This document shows, one piece after another, positions 10,580-20,689 of a stretch of 64,000 nt of DNA. Numbering within the stretch: the first letter of the stretch is position 1; the number at the start of each line of letters is the position of its first letter. Origin of the DNA: an uncultured Verrucomicrobiae bacterium (lineage in GTDB: Bacteria; Verrucomicrobiota; Verrucomicrobiia; Chthoniobacterales; JAFAMB01); NCBI GenBank assembly GCA_963782115.1, contig CAWAIK010000003.1:128001-192000 (forward strand), read 5' to 3'. The notes below the pieces were generated by a model. It was not told where the DNA came from and searched no databases. It saw only the letters and a program-made list of their open reading frames with translations. A program made the position numbers and the translations under genes.

Positions 10580-10861
10580 ATGCATCTTGTTGCGATCCGA
10601 AGATGCCTGATCTTGATTGAGGTCCTTTTTCTGGAAAGCTGCGGTTTATCACATCACCAGGTACCCTCGATTGATGTTTTTGGATCTTACTTCCCGGCAT
10701 GGCTGATCTCGTTGACAATCGCGGTAATGTTAACCGTTATCGCCATCAGTGCGGGGCGCCTGATGGGTATCAGAGTGTCTGGTTTCCTGGGTTTTCTCCT
10801 GTGCGTCAGCCTGATCCTGATTTTCAGCATCTCTGTATGGTTTCTATTCTTCGCGATCTAA
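10580..10861 (+). CDS. YtcA family lipoprotein
   Basis: LESC lipobox-like sequence and PSIDVFGSYFPAWL motif, hydrophobic C-terminus, directly upstream of the mdtN-like gene. Confidence 0.75.
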   Translation: MHLVAIRRCLILIEVLFLESCGLSHHQVPSIDVFGSYFPAWLISLTIAVMLTVIAISAGRLMGIRVSGFLGFLLCVSLILIFSISVWFLFFAI

Positions 10862-10864
10862 CAC

Positions 10865-11989
10865 ATGAATCCAACTCAACAAGAGAATCCGACGTCCAAA
10901 GCAAAGCCTGACTTTTCCTCCAAACCAAGCAGCCACCCGGCTCGCGGAAAATTCAAGCGTTTTTTCATCCTGATCTTGGGCCTCGTTATAATCGGTTTTG
11001 CGGTGGTGTTGAGCTTATCGGCATGGAACTTCAATGAGCGACATCCCCGGACTGACGACGGAGTAGCCCGAGCAAACATAATTGGCATCGCACCTCGCGT
11101 CTTTGGTCCAATTATACATGTCAATGTAAGCGATAACCAATCGGTGCAAGGTGGCGATCTTTTGTTCGAGATTGATCCCGCAGACTATCAACTGAGTGTT
11201 GATCGGGCGAAAGCGGCTCTGGATGCATTGGATCAACAAATCGTAACGGCGCAATCGCAGGACGCTCAACTAAAGTTCCAGATCAAAGCTGCGGAAGCAG
11301 GTGTCCGGCAGGCAATGGCGGAGCGAGATCAGGCCGCAGATAGTTTGCATCGTCTTGAACCGTTGTTACCAAAGGCCTTTGCAACCCAGGAACAAGTTGA
11401 CCAAGCACGCACGAAGGTCGCCGCCCTCGATGCCGAAGTCGCACAAGCAAATGAAAAACTCAACCAGGCGCGCGTGGCGGTCAGTTCACTGGCCACCCTC
11501 CAAGCGCAGCGTCCTGGAGCGGTTGCTTCTTTGGGGACGGCGCAGTTAGAGCTATCGTATACGCGGATATACGCGCCGTTCGATGGACAAGTCCTAGGGC
11601 TAAACATTTCCGAAGGAGCTTATGCGCACGCCGGTATTGAGGTATTTGCATTCCTCGACTGTCGAAAGTGGTATGTATTGGCAAACTTTCGCGAGCGGGA
11701 GTTACAGAACATCCGTCCTGGGATGAAGGCCGAGATCTATCTCTTGTCGAATCCAGATCGGCGTTTTCAGGGAGTCGTCCAGGGGATCTCGCCCGCGGTA
11801 CAGTCCCAGGAAGATAATGTCGAGATCAAGGGATTGCCGTTTGTAAAGAGAGACCTGAATTGGGTGCGGATTGCTCAACGATTTCCAGTTCGAATCGAGA
11901 TCGAGAATCCGGACCCGGAAATCTTTCGGATGGGTACGACGGCCGTAACGACGATCGTCGGCTCTAGCCCGCCTCGCAGCACGAACTAA
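10865..11989 (+). CDS. mdtN: HlyD/EmrA-type membrane fusion protein (MdtN-like)
   Basis: N-terminal TM, PRTDDG, IAPRVFG, LFEIDPADY, IYAPFDG, ANFRE, NWVRIAQRFPVRI. Confidence 0.85.
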   Translation: MNPTQQENPTSKAKPDFSSKPSSHPARGKFKRFFILILGLVIIGFAVVLSLSAWNFNERHPRTDDGVARANIIGIAPRVFGPIIHVNVSDNQSVQGGDLLFEIDPADYQLSVDRAKAALDALDQQIVTAQSQDAQLKFQIKAAEAGVRQAMAERDQAADSLHRLEPLLPKAFATQEQVDQARTKVAALDAEVAQANEKLNQARVAVSSLATLQAQRPGAVASLGTAQLELSYTRIYAPFDGQVLGLNISEGAYAHAGIEVFAFLDCRKWYVLANFRERELQNIRPGMKAEIYLLSNPDRRFQGVVQGISPAVQSQEDNVEIKGLPFVKRDLNWVRIAQRFPVRIEIENPDPEIFRMGTTAVTTIVGSSPPRSTN

Positions 11990-11995
11990 CCAACG

Positions 11996-14149
11996 ATGCC
12001 TGAGAAAATCGCGAAACGTACATGGGGTGCTGAGAGCCGGGGAACCTCATTCCTGGACATGCTTTGGGAGACTCTCAAACCGTTCCCCGGGCGCGCCCAG
12101 GTGACGCTCCGACTAGCCGTTGTCTGTACCGCAGTAGTATTGGTAGCATACACCTTCAGAATGCCGTTCCAGGACCTCATGCCCTTTTTCATTTTGTTTA
12201 TAACCAAAGAGGATAAAGTAACCACTGCTGTCAGTGCGCTGTTGGTTATTTTCGCAATCACCGTAGCCATCGCGGTGGCCATTGTGATCTATAAATTCAC
12301 CGGCAATCGCGCAGAGTTTCGAATTCCTGCCATCGCGCTCGAGATATTTGTTGGTATGTACCTGTTCCGAGTGCTCTCGATTGGACCGGTGGGATGGATC
12401 CTTGGCTTCATATGCGCAGCAACGCAAAGTCTGGTTTACCTCTTTCCCGGTCCAGAGGAAACGGTTCACCAGTTTCTTTGGCTTTGGGCTGCAATCGTGT
12501 TCTCGGTCGGTTTGGCCTGGGTCGCCAATATTTTGCTATTTCCGGTGTCAGCAACCCGGTTGCTTCAGCGGGAATTCGTGGCCGGTTGGAATGCTATTTC
12601 CGCCGCAACTGCACAATTGACCGCAAATACGCCTTCCGCCGGCGCAAGCTTGCTTCGTCCGCTGGTAAAACGTGGTCCAATCCGCGTTCTCAAACTTTTA
12701 AAACTCTCCTCGATTGAGTCCCCTGATTTACGAGTAAACCAAGTTCAACTGACGCGCATGATCTTAAGCCTCGACAAAATCACGAGACTGATCTTCTCAT
12801 ATGCCCGCGCAAGGCTGAAATTATCGGCCCCCGTGGCAATTTCTTCTACTGAGAAAGCCATTCTGGATGGACTCAAGGAGGACGCCCAATGTTTCCAACG
12901 GCAATTCGAGGCAGGTTTCCTGCCGTCGGGTACTGCGACACGCTCTAGAAATAAAACAGCAGAAGTTTTTCCTGCCGTTCAACTCGCAGAAGCCGAGAAC
13001 ACGGTGGGTGATCTTGCTGCCGGAGACACCGAGTCTGAGAACCGACCGGAGAAAGCCGCAGCCCGGCATAAGCGCTCACTTTTTGTCGCGGACGCTTTTA
13101 GTAATCCGAGGCACGTGCAATTCGCGCTTAAGGTCACACTGGCGGGAATGATCGGTTACTTATTCTACACCGCGAGCGATTACTACGGAATTCACACGGT
13201 GTTTTACACACCTCTGATCATCGCGTTGGCTAGTAGCGGGGCCACCATTCACAAGGGATTACTTCGTATCGTCGGCTGCATTATTGGAGGTGGATTGGGT
13301 CTCATCTGTTTAGCCTGGGTGATACCAAGATACGAGACCCTGGGAACGTTCCTCTTGATTGTATTCTGCGTGCACGGTTTGGCAGCATGGATCGCTTCTG
13401 GCGGCGATCGGATCTCGTACATGGGCCTTCAGATAGCACTGGCCTTTGATCTCGGGTTTCTGCAGGGATACGGGCCACCTACTAACATTGACCCGCTTCG
13501 GGATCGATTTATCGGCATCGTCCTTGGCATATGCATTATCGCGACCGTTTTCTCTCTGCTTTGGCCGGAAAGTGCTGACTTGATCGCTCGCGAGCGACTT
13601 GCTGCTTGTCTCCGCGCGATCGCCCGTCTTCTTCACCTGGGCGGTTCAAACGATGGTTCTCAGAGTTCGAGCCCGCAACGGGAACAGCTCGAGCTGGAAA
13701 TAGCATCTCGTCTTTCTGAGGCCAATTCGTATGAGGAGCAAGCTGCCTTCGAAGCTCTGCTCTATGGATCCGACGTTATTCCGGTGTCGCGTCTGGCGGA
13801 GGCTACGGCAGGAGTGGAGGAAATTTACGTTGCTTGTCTCCCATGGCTGAGGGAGCAAGTATCGTCGATGCTGACTTCTGCAGACGATGAAGATCCGAAA
13901 ACTTCGCCGGGGTTGACCAAACTTTTAGAGGACGCGATGGAAGAGTTCGCTGAATTGATGGAGGGGTTTCGCAACAAAACTGTGAGCCGGGCACAAACAC
14001 CTACAGATCGTTTTCTTGGAAAAAAAGACATGGAAAACATGGGCCTCGGAGAAAGCTCCAGTTCAAGTAGTCTCGAAGAACTTCTTCGGGCGGCAGTGCA
14101 ATTCCAGACCCTTGGGCAAACGCTTGAAAACGTGGGCGCACGGCGATAA
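11996..14149 (+). CDS. FUSC/MdtO-family efflux inner membrane subunit
   Basis: LKPFPGRAQVTLR N-terminus, two TM blocks, ADAFSNPRHVQFALKVTLA, LRDRFIGIVLG. Confidence 0.85.
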   Translation: MPEKIAKRTWGAESRGTSFLDMLWETLKPFPGRAQVTLRLAVVCTAVVLVAYTFRMPFQDLMPFFILFITKEDKVTTAVSALLVIFAITVAIAVAIVIYKFTGNRAEFRIPAIALEIFVGMYLFRVLSIGPVGWILGFICAATQSLVYLFPGPEETVHQFLWLWAAIVFSVGLAWVANILLFPVSATRLLQREFVAGWNAISAATAQLTANTPSAGASLLRPLVKRGPIRVLKLLKLSSIESPDLRVNQVQLTRMILSLDKITRLIFSYARARLKLSAPVAISSTEKAILDGLKEDAQCFQRQFEAGFLPSGTATRSRNKTAEVFPAVQLAEAENTVGDLAAGDTESENRPEKAAARHKRSLFVADAFSNPRHVQFALKVTLAGMIGYLFYTASDYYGIHTVFYTPLIIALASSGATIHKGLLRIVGCIIGGGLGLICLAWVIPRYETLGTFLLIVFCVHGLAAWIASGGDRISYMGLQIALAFDLGFLQGYGPPTNIDPLRDRFIGIVLGICIIATVFSLLWPESADLIARERLAACLRAIARLLHLGGSNDGSQSSSPQREQLELEIASRLSEANSYEEQAAFEALLYGSDVIPVSRLAEATAGVEEIYVACLPWLREQVSSMLTSADDEDPKTSPGLTKLLEDAMEEFAELMEGFRNKTVSRAQTPTDRFLGKKDMENMGLGESSSSSSLEELLRAAVQFQTLGQTLENVGARR

Positions 14150-14217
14150 TGGAGCAGGAAGCAGAATGTTCGAGATGCCTGAAAACATCCCCGTGAGGTA
14201 CTGAAAACGATTTTTCT

Positions 14218-15663
14218 ATGGACCTGTCCCTCTTTTTCTGCCTGGCGATGGTCGCGGATGCGGTCATTTTGAGGTTCATTCCGGTGCGCAGGCAAGTCGC
14301 ACGGTTCGTCTGCATGTCGATCTTCTTCGCAGTGCAGACCATTCTCATCGTTGCACTCATTGGTTCGCCGCTGCGTCCGGTCTATAGACCGCGAGACTTG
14401 CCGCGCGAGTTCTGGCTCCAAATTCTGGCTTGCTTTTGGTGGGCCTTGGCCGCACGCGAACTAATCAGTTTTCTTGCGTTGCCGAATGCAATCCGAAAAA
14501 CGGCAATAGAGAACAAACTTCTGTCCGATATCATCGCAGCCAGCATCTATGTCTGCTCCGCGCTGGCAATGATGGGGTTCGTTTTAGGATTGTCGTTACA
14601 GGGACTGCTCGCGACTTCCGGTATTATCGCGATCGTGCTTGGCCTGGCTCTCCAAAGCTCGCTGGGAGATGTTTTCTCCGGAATATCACTGAGCATTGAA
14701 AAGCCGTACCGCGTCGGAGACGAAATCCTTTTAGAGGGCGGAGCCGAAGGCGAGGTGATTGAAATGAATTGGCGTTCCACGCACCTCAGGAACAGTGCGA
14801 ACGATATCGTCATTGTTCCGAATAGCGTAATAGCAAAGCTGCGGATCCAAAATCACAGCGCCGCGACCAGGCGTTACAGTGGAAGTCTAACTGTGATCGT
14901 CGATTACCGAAACGAGCCGGAACTCACGCTCGAGATCCTGAAGCAGGCAGCAATGACGTGCCCTTCTATCCTGGAACACCCGGCGCCCTCCGCTGAAGCG
15001 ACTGAGTTCAATGGGGACCGAATCACTTACTCCGTTTATTTTAGTACCTCTTCGATTGCATCGGCGGGAGAGGCGCGATCGCAGTTCATCACTCAGCTCT
15101 ACAAACGAGCGTGCCCCGTTGTCGCTCAGGGGGCGTCCTCAGGGTCGACCATCTTTCTTTTCCCGGAGAACGAATTGTTGAACCACCTCCCTACTCTCGA
15201 ACCGTTGAGCGACGCAGAGAAAACCAAACTGACTGCGAAAATCATCAGGCGTCACTTTCACACCGGGGAACAGCTCTTAACGCAAGGTATGGAAGTTAAT
15301 TCGGCCCAGTTCGTCTTTTCGGGCATTGTTCAAGTCACGCGCCAGGTACAGGATGGACGGGTACTGAATGTAAGAAGGCTGGGGCCCGGTGATTCATTTG
15401 GTGAGATTTCCCTTCTGACTGGTATGCAAGCGCTTGGAACTTTCACGGCCCTCACCTCTGGGCTCCTGCTGGAAATACATTCGGAAGACCTGAAGCCGAT
15501 CCTCGAATCGCGCCCTGAATTGGTAGAATCGCTCAGTCATTCAGCTACCAGGGTACAGCACTTTGTCGCGATGTTCGACAAGGCCGCAATCCAGCCGGTC
15601 GTGATCGAACAGCGCGATCTTTTGTCGCGCATCAAGAGTTTCTTCCACCTGGAACTATCATGA
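14218..15663 (+). CDS. MscS-family mechanosensitive channel with C-terminal cyclic-nucleotide-binding domain
   Basis: GLALQSSLGDVFSG, PYRVGD, NWRST, VPNS; cNMP domain LGPGDSFGEISLLTG. Confidence 0.9.
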   Translation: MDLSLFFCLAMVADAVILRFIPVRRQVARFVCMSIFFAVQTILIVALIGSPLRPVYRPRDLPREFWLQILACFWWALAARELISFLALPNAIRKTAIENKLLSDIIAASIYVCSALAMMGFVLGLSLQGLLATSGIIAIVLGLALQSSLGDVFSGISLSIEKPYRVGDEILLEGGAEGEVIEMNWRSTHLRNSANDIVIVPNSVIAKLRIQNHSAATRRYSGSLTVIVDYRNEPELTLEILKQAAMTCPSILEHPAPSAEATEFNGDRITYSVYFSTSSIASAGEARSQFITQLYKRACPVVAQGASSGSTIFLFPENELLNHLPTLEPLSDAEKTKLTAKIIRRHFHTGEQLLTQGMEVNSAQFVFSGIVQVTRQVQDGRVLNVRRLGPGDSFGEISLLTGMQALGTFTALTSGLLLEIHSEDLKPILESRPELVESLSHSATRVQHFVAMFDKAAIQPVVIEQRDLLSRIKSFFHLELS

Positions 15664-16400
15664 CGAAAGCTGCCTGCTTTAGACTTCCTTTTGACGCAAA
15701 CGGAACGCCGCTATTACGCAGGTGAGAAGCGCGTTCACCGAGGATCGCTTGCACAGCGACTTGGATTTATTGCGGGGTTGCTGGCCATTTGCCCGATAGC
15801 GCGCAATGGCAATTGGGTTGGCCCTCGCCAGCCACAAAGTCCCTCCCGTAGCTTGAAATACTTGAAGTAACCAAGCAAGCGTGCTGGTCTTGTCGCTCCA
15901 TTTCGCCGAAGAGTCGATCACCATTTGACGGAATTTGCTTCCGCTAACGTCTTCAGCTACGTTCGTTCGAACCGCTCTCTCAGAAACAAGAAGCCCTCCG
16001 GAGTGGAGGACTAGTTGAGAAGTTCGGGCTTATTCCGTGGAGAGCTTTTTAAGAGGACGTCTGATGGAAATCGAGGTTGTTTCGTAGGCTCATGGATCGG
16101 CAAACTAAAATGAGACCTGGATCGCAAACGACTTCTTCCGATCAGACGGTAGCCTAAGAGAGTTGTCCTCAGCATTATACGAATGTCTCAGCGCTCGCAA
16201 ATCGAACGGCTGAAATTTGGCCGGCTTAGGAACAAACGTCTCATGCTGCGTGTACCCGTTACGTGTAGCGATCAGTGCGAATATTAGTGCCTCCATATTT
16301 CCTTTTATTTCTTTTTTGGTTGTGACGATACCAATCCTATCATTTCACACATTGGATCTCTACAAACCGAAAGAGCGGTTGTTAGCTATCCAAAGGAAGG

Positions 16401-18461
16401 ATGCCAACATGGCCTGGTGCATGTTCCGAGCAGGTCGTTGTAGCACCCTTCTTTCGAGTAGGCACGAACCGATCTTTCGGTTTGTAGAGATCCTCCTTAG
16501 CAAATGGTATTGCGGCGAGAGCTGACGAAGGATCGACTAAGGGTGAAGACCGGCTTCGGCTTGTCATCGAAACAACTCCCGCGCTGGTCCACAGCGCTCT
16601 GCCTGACGGGTGCCTTGATTTCTTCAATCGACGTTGGCTGGAATATCTGGGACTCTCTTTGGAGGACGTGCAGGGCTGGGGTTGGACGGCTGCAATTCAT
16701 CCCGAAGACGTCGCAGGGATAGTGGACAAGTGGCGCACGGCCTTGGCAACTGGGGAACCTTTCGAGGCGGAGGCGCGCGTGCGGCGGGCTGATGGGGAAT
16801 ATCGCTGGTTCCTGCACCGCAAAGTGCCGCTTCACGACAATTTGGGAAACATCGTTAAATGGTACGGATCGAGTATCGATATCGAGGACCGAAAGCTGGC
16901 CGCACAGAGGGTCCGTCAAAACGAAAGGGAGCTTCAGCAGCTCATTGACCTGGTTCCTCAGCACATCTTCGTTGCGGCACCGGACGGCAGCCGTCTTTAT
17001 GCTAACCAGGTCGCACTCGAATACCTCGGCTGTGCTTTGCAAGATATTCAGGCAGCGCACTTCGCTGCGAGGGTCGTGCATGCGGACGATCTAGAGAGAG
17101 TAACGACCGAACGCCAAAGCGGAGTTTTACGCGGAGCGCCGTTTGAAATTGAAGCGCGAATACTCGGAAAGAACGGGCAGTATCGCTGGTTTCTGTTACG
17201 TTCCAACCCGCTGCGGGACGAACAGGGACGCATCATTCGGTGGTACGCTGCGGGTACCGATATCGAAGAGCGAAAGCATGTGGAGGAGAGAGTCCGAACA
17301 GAGAATCTCGCGCTGGCAAAAGCAAACGGAGCCCTTCGGGGATGTCTGGATGCGCTCGCCTCGGTCCCGGAACTGGATGACTTCCTTGGGCAAGTGATGG
17401 CTGCCATCACCCGGCAGATGGGCGCCGTCTCTTCCACGTTGCGAATTCCTAACCTCGAACAAAACACCTTGACTCTGGAGCTCGTCTTTCAAGGCGGCCG
17501 AGTAATGTCGCCTGCCGAAGCGAGCTATCCAGAATCCTCGCGGTCCGTGGCGCCGGACGAACCAGGGGTCGCCACTTTTCTGGATCAGCCAACGACTGTC
17601 ATCCATATTCTCGATCCGCTTTCATCAATTGCTGAAGCCCAGCGCTCCTATCTGCTTGGACTGGGTATAAAGACCTTATTGATCATTCCTTTGAGCTCGG
17701 GCGGTCAGGTCAACGGCCGGTTAGACTTCCGTTTTACTGAGGAGCGCACTTTTGACCCGGAAGAACTCGAAATCGCGAGAGCCTTAGCAACCCAAGCCAG
17801 CCTGGCAATTCAACTCACTCGATTAGCGAAAACCGCCAGGCAATCTGCCGTTCTGGAAGAGCGAAATCGGCTGGCTGGCGAGATTCATGATTCGCTGGCT
17901 CAAAGTTTTGCCGGGATCTCGATCCAATTAGAGCTTGCCCTAGAGGAAATGGCTGCAAAGGAAGGCTGCCTCCTCGGCTATATTCGGCGCGCTTATGAGA
18001 CAGCAAAGTTCGGCTTGGCCGAAGCGCGCCGATCCGTCCATAGTTTACAATCAAGTGTCCTTCGCGAATCAGGATTGGCCACCGTGCTGCAACGTTTGGT
18101 CGAACACTCGAATTTGGCGGGCCGGTTGCGTTGTGATTTTCGGTCCAACTCCATACCCGAAGAAAGATTGCCGGCCACGGTACAGCATCAGCTTTTACGC
18201 ATCGCTCAGGAAGCGATCAGCAACGCCGCCCGCCACGCCAAACCGACCGTCATTACCGTGACTCTTCGCTGGGATCCGCCTCATCTGATTCTTCAAGTCA
18301 AGGACAACGGATCCGGAATACCTAAAGCTCGCCTGGAGCAAAGTGAAGGTGTCGGCCTGGATAGTATGCGAGAAAGAGCGGCGCAGATCGACGCAAAACT
18401 GGAAATCCAGACTGCAGCCGGCCAGGGGACAAGTATTATTGTGACCGTGCCAATCTCATAA
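16401..18461 (+). CDS. PAS-PAS-GAF sensor histidine kinase (HisKA_3/NarX type); start uncertain, in-frame TAG at 16485
   Basis: Two PAS/PAC repeats (IHPED, YRWFL, WYG...DIEDRK), GAF, EERNRLAGEIHDSLAQ, QEAISNAARHA, DNGSG, GVGLDSMRERA. The PAS1 frame extends upstream of the TTG at 16659 to 16488. Confidence 0.85.
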
Positions 18462-18634
18462 ATGACCTCCAAATCGTCACGCACACCAGAAGGACGGAAA
18501 TATTGACTCGGGTTGATTTGAACCTGCGTTCGCATTGAACAAGAAGAGAGCGCCTCGAGGCTGGACGGGGGAAAAGTCGTTTCTCCCGTAATGATCCTTC
18601 GCACGGGAGTCTTGATGGGAATAAGCAACGCCGA

Positions 18635-18867
18635 GAGCAACAAATGCAGCAACAAGAGACCAGGCAATCCTAAGTGGCTCAAATCAAAAGGCTTACAGAA
18701 TGAGATCAGCGCCCTTTTAAGGCGTTGGTTGTGGGTTCGAGCCCCACCCAACCCAAATATTTTATTCGAACTCGAAGTCCGCGGAGCCGCCATGGAAGCA
18801 CTCGGCAGGCGGTGGAGCATAATCCAATGAGCAATTTTATACCGTTGTCTGTTGCTATTTGTTGCTC
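18635..18867. repeat. Inverted AGCAACA arm-type repeats flanking the tRNA-derived core
   Basis: Left GAGCAACAAATGCAGCAACA (18635-18654). Right TGTTGCTATTTGTTGCTC (18850-18867), whose reverse complement is GAGCAACAAATAGCAACA. Confidence 0.7.
18707..18755 (+). mobile_element. att core: 3' half of tRNA-Lys(TTT), not a complete tRNA
   Basis: Anticodon arm GCGCC-CTTTTAA-GGCGT, T arm GTGGG-TTCGAGC-CCCAC, acceptor 3' strand CCAACCCA; D arm and 5' acceptor strand are absent. Confidence 0.8.
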
Positions 18868-18949
18868 TTTTTCTGGGTCACTTTGGCCGATTTGACCTTT
18901 CTGACCGCTGTTTGGTGTACTTCTCCGTACTTCATGACCCTTTTGGCCA

Positions 18950-19273
18950 GTTCAAGGAGCCGTCATCGCCGGAAAGGACGACGTCAAGAAGCAGTTGCCG
19001 CTTGACCAGGCGCGGAAGTTCAGCGTGTTCGAGCGGGAGAAGATCACGCTGTCAATCGGCGACCGGGTCCGATTCACGAAAAACGCCAAACACCGCGGGC
19101 ACAAGTTCCTCAACAACGAGCTGCGGACCGTGGTCGGCATTGACGAGGGCAACATCATATTCGTTAAGGGCGAGATTGTTCGCAATGGCGCCGCTCTTCA
19201 TCTCGACCAGGGAATAGTTGTTACCAGTCACGCCAGCCAGGCCAAGACTGTCGACCAGGTCATTGTCAGCGTG
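18950..19273 (+). pseudogene. MobF/TrwC-type relaxase-helicase C-terminal shard
   Basis: LSIGDRVRFTKN...HLDQGIVVTSHASQAKTVDQVIV, a helicase motif V-like segment of conjugative relaxases. Confidence 0.7.
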
Positions 19274-19480
19274 ACGGATGCTGCAATCAACAGTCGCGAT
19301 GTGGCTGCCATCGCCAGGCTCTGCGCGCAGGACGCGGTTTGGGTGACGTATCACGGACGGAAAATATCACGGTCGGCGGGCCATCGAACATGAGTATGAC
19401 AAACTCTACTTCAAGGCTTGGAACAAACACAAGGATGCCACCACGGTCGAGCGGGTAACTGCCGTCGGGAAATTGCGCTT
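19274..19480 (+). pseudogene. SnoaL/NTF2-like protein shard fused to the relaxase shard
   Basis: DAAINSRDVAAIARLCAQDAVWVTYHG, then after a frameshift HGRRAIEHEYDKLYFKAW...TTVERVTAVG. Confidence 0.45.
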
Positions 19481-19529
19481 ATTCAAAGTAAGGGTGATTT
19501 CCACCCGACAGTGGGCGCTATTGGTGGGT

Positions 19530-20450
19530 TCCATAAAAAACAAATTGGACTGACTCCAATTTCACTCCTTGTTCCAAAGGCTCTTCCCCGACTTTGAAAT
19601 GACGCCTTATTACCTTCGCTCCCAATTGGGCTTTCTCTTCTGCGCTCAAGGGTTCCAGCACGGATATACGATCGAAAAACTCCTCTTCCCAGAAAAAATA
19701 AATGGGACGTGCACGAGAAAAACGGCGGCCAGGGCGTCCCGTTTGTAAAGCTGGCTAATAATTTGCGACCGCGCCTCTCCGGCCGACGCGATCGAAGAAG
19801 TACTAAATGAAATTTCGTAACTGACTCGATCACTTTTGAAGCCGATTGCGGCGACGGACGGGACCGGCTCTTCCAGTATAACTGGACATGTCATCGCAGA
19901 TTGCTTCAGGAGCTCAGCCGCAAATTCCGGCTCATTCCGACCAGCGACAATCACACTTCCATTGTAGCGCCTGCTTAAGGCACTGTGGTTTATAATCCGC
20001 ATTTTTGCCATTGAGCCATGCGGAACAATCACGACATCGTTCTGATTATTTCTGAGGTGCGTTGAACGCCAGTTTATTTGAATCACCTCACCTTCGACTC
20101 CGCCCTCTACAAGGATCGCATCTTCGACGTCGTAAGGGTTCTCAACGCTCAACGACAACCCGGAAAAAACATCTCCAAGGGTATCCTGGAGAGCAAGGCC
20201 GAGCACAATCGCAAGGACACCGGAAGTCGCGACGATTCCTTGAAGCGGCAAGCCAAAAACGAACCCCATCATTGCCAACCCGGAGCAGACGTAGATGCAA
20301 GCGGCGATGATATCGGACAAAATTTTGTTCTCTGTCGCCGTCTTTCGTAGCGTAGCTGGGAATGCAAGAATACCGATCAACTCGCGTGCAGCCAAGGCCC
20401 ACCAGCAGCAAGCAAGTACTTGCAGCCAGAACTCCCGAGGCAAATCTTTA
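19530..20450 (-). pseudogene. Second MscS-cNMP channel paralog, truncated at both ends and frameshifted
   Basis: DLPREFWLQVLACCWWALAAREL...SIASAGEARSQIISQLYKR closely parallels 14218-15663; continues in a shifted frame as LEPLSAEEKAQLGAKVIRRHF. Confidence 0.8.
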
Positions 20451-20596
20451 GCTGCAGCAGATACCCGACGGATACCTGAAAGCGTCGAAGCCGATATGCG
20501 GCCGACTTGCACACGTGAGCGAAGGAGGTTGGATGATGCAGTCCGCTTCTAGCTAGTCTGCGAATCATGTTCCGGTTAAATGTCCGCGTTTCTCAA

Positions 20597-20687
20597 CTAC
20601 GGAATCAGAATAGGCTTGGCTTTGATCCTCGACGCGGCAATGTCTCGATAAAGCTGGGGCCCTTCTTCCAGTGAAAATGTTTCCACC
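20597..20687 (-). pseudogene. MDR/zinc-binding oxidoreductase C-terminal shard
   Basis: Manual translation VETFSLEEGPQLYRDIAASRIKAKPILIP*. Confidence 0.35.
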
Positions 20688-20689
20688 CG

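Noticed and set aside
15679..16400. Short ORFs between mscS and the PAS kinase
   Set aside because: No recognisable homology in the frames I examined.
18680..18760. Functional tRNA-Lys gene
   Set aside because: No 5' acceptor strand or D arm can be formed upstream, so it is treated as an att core.
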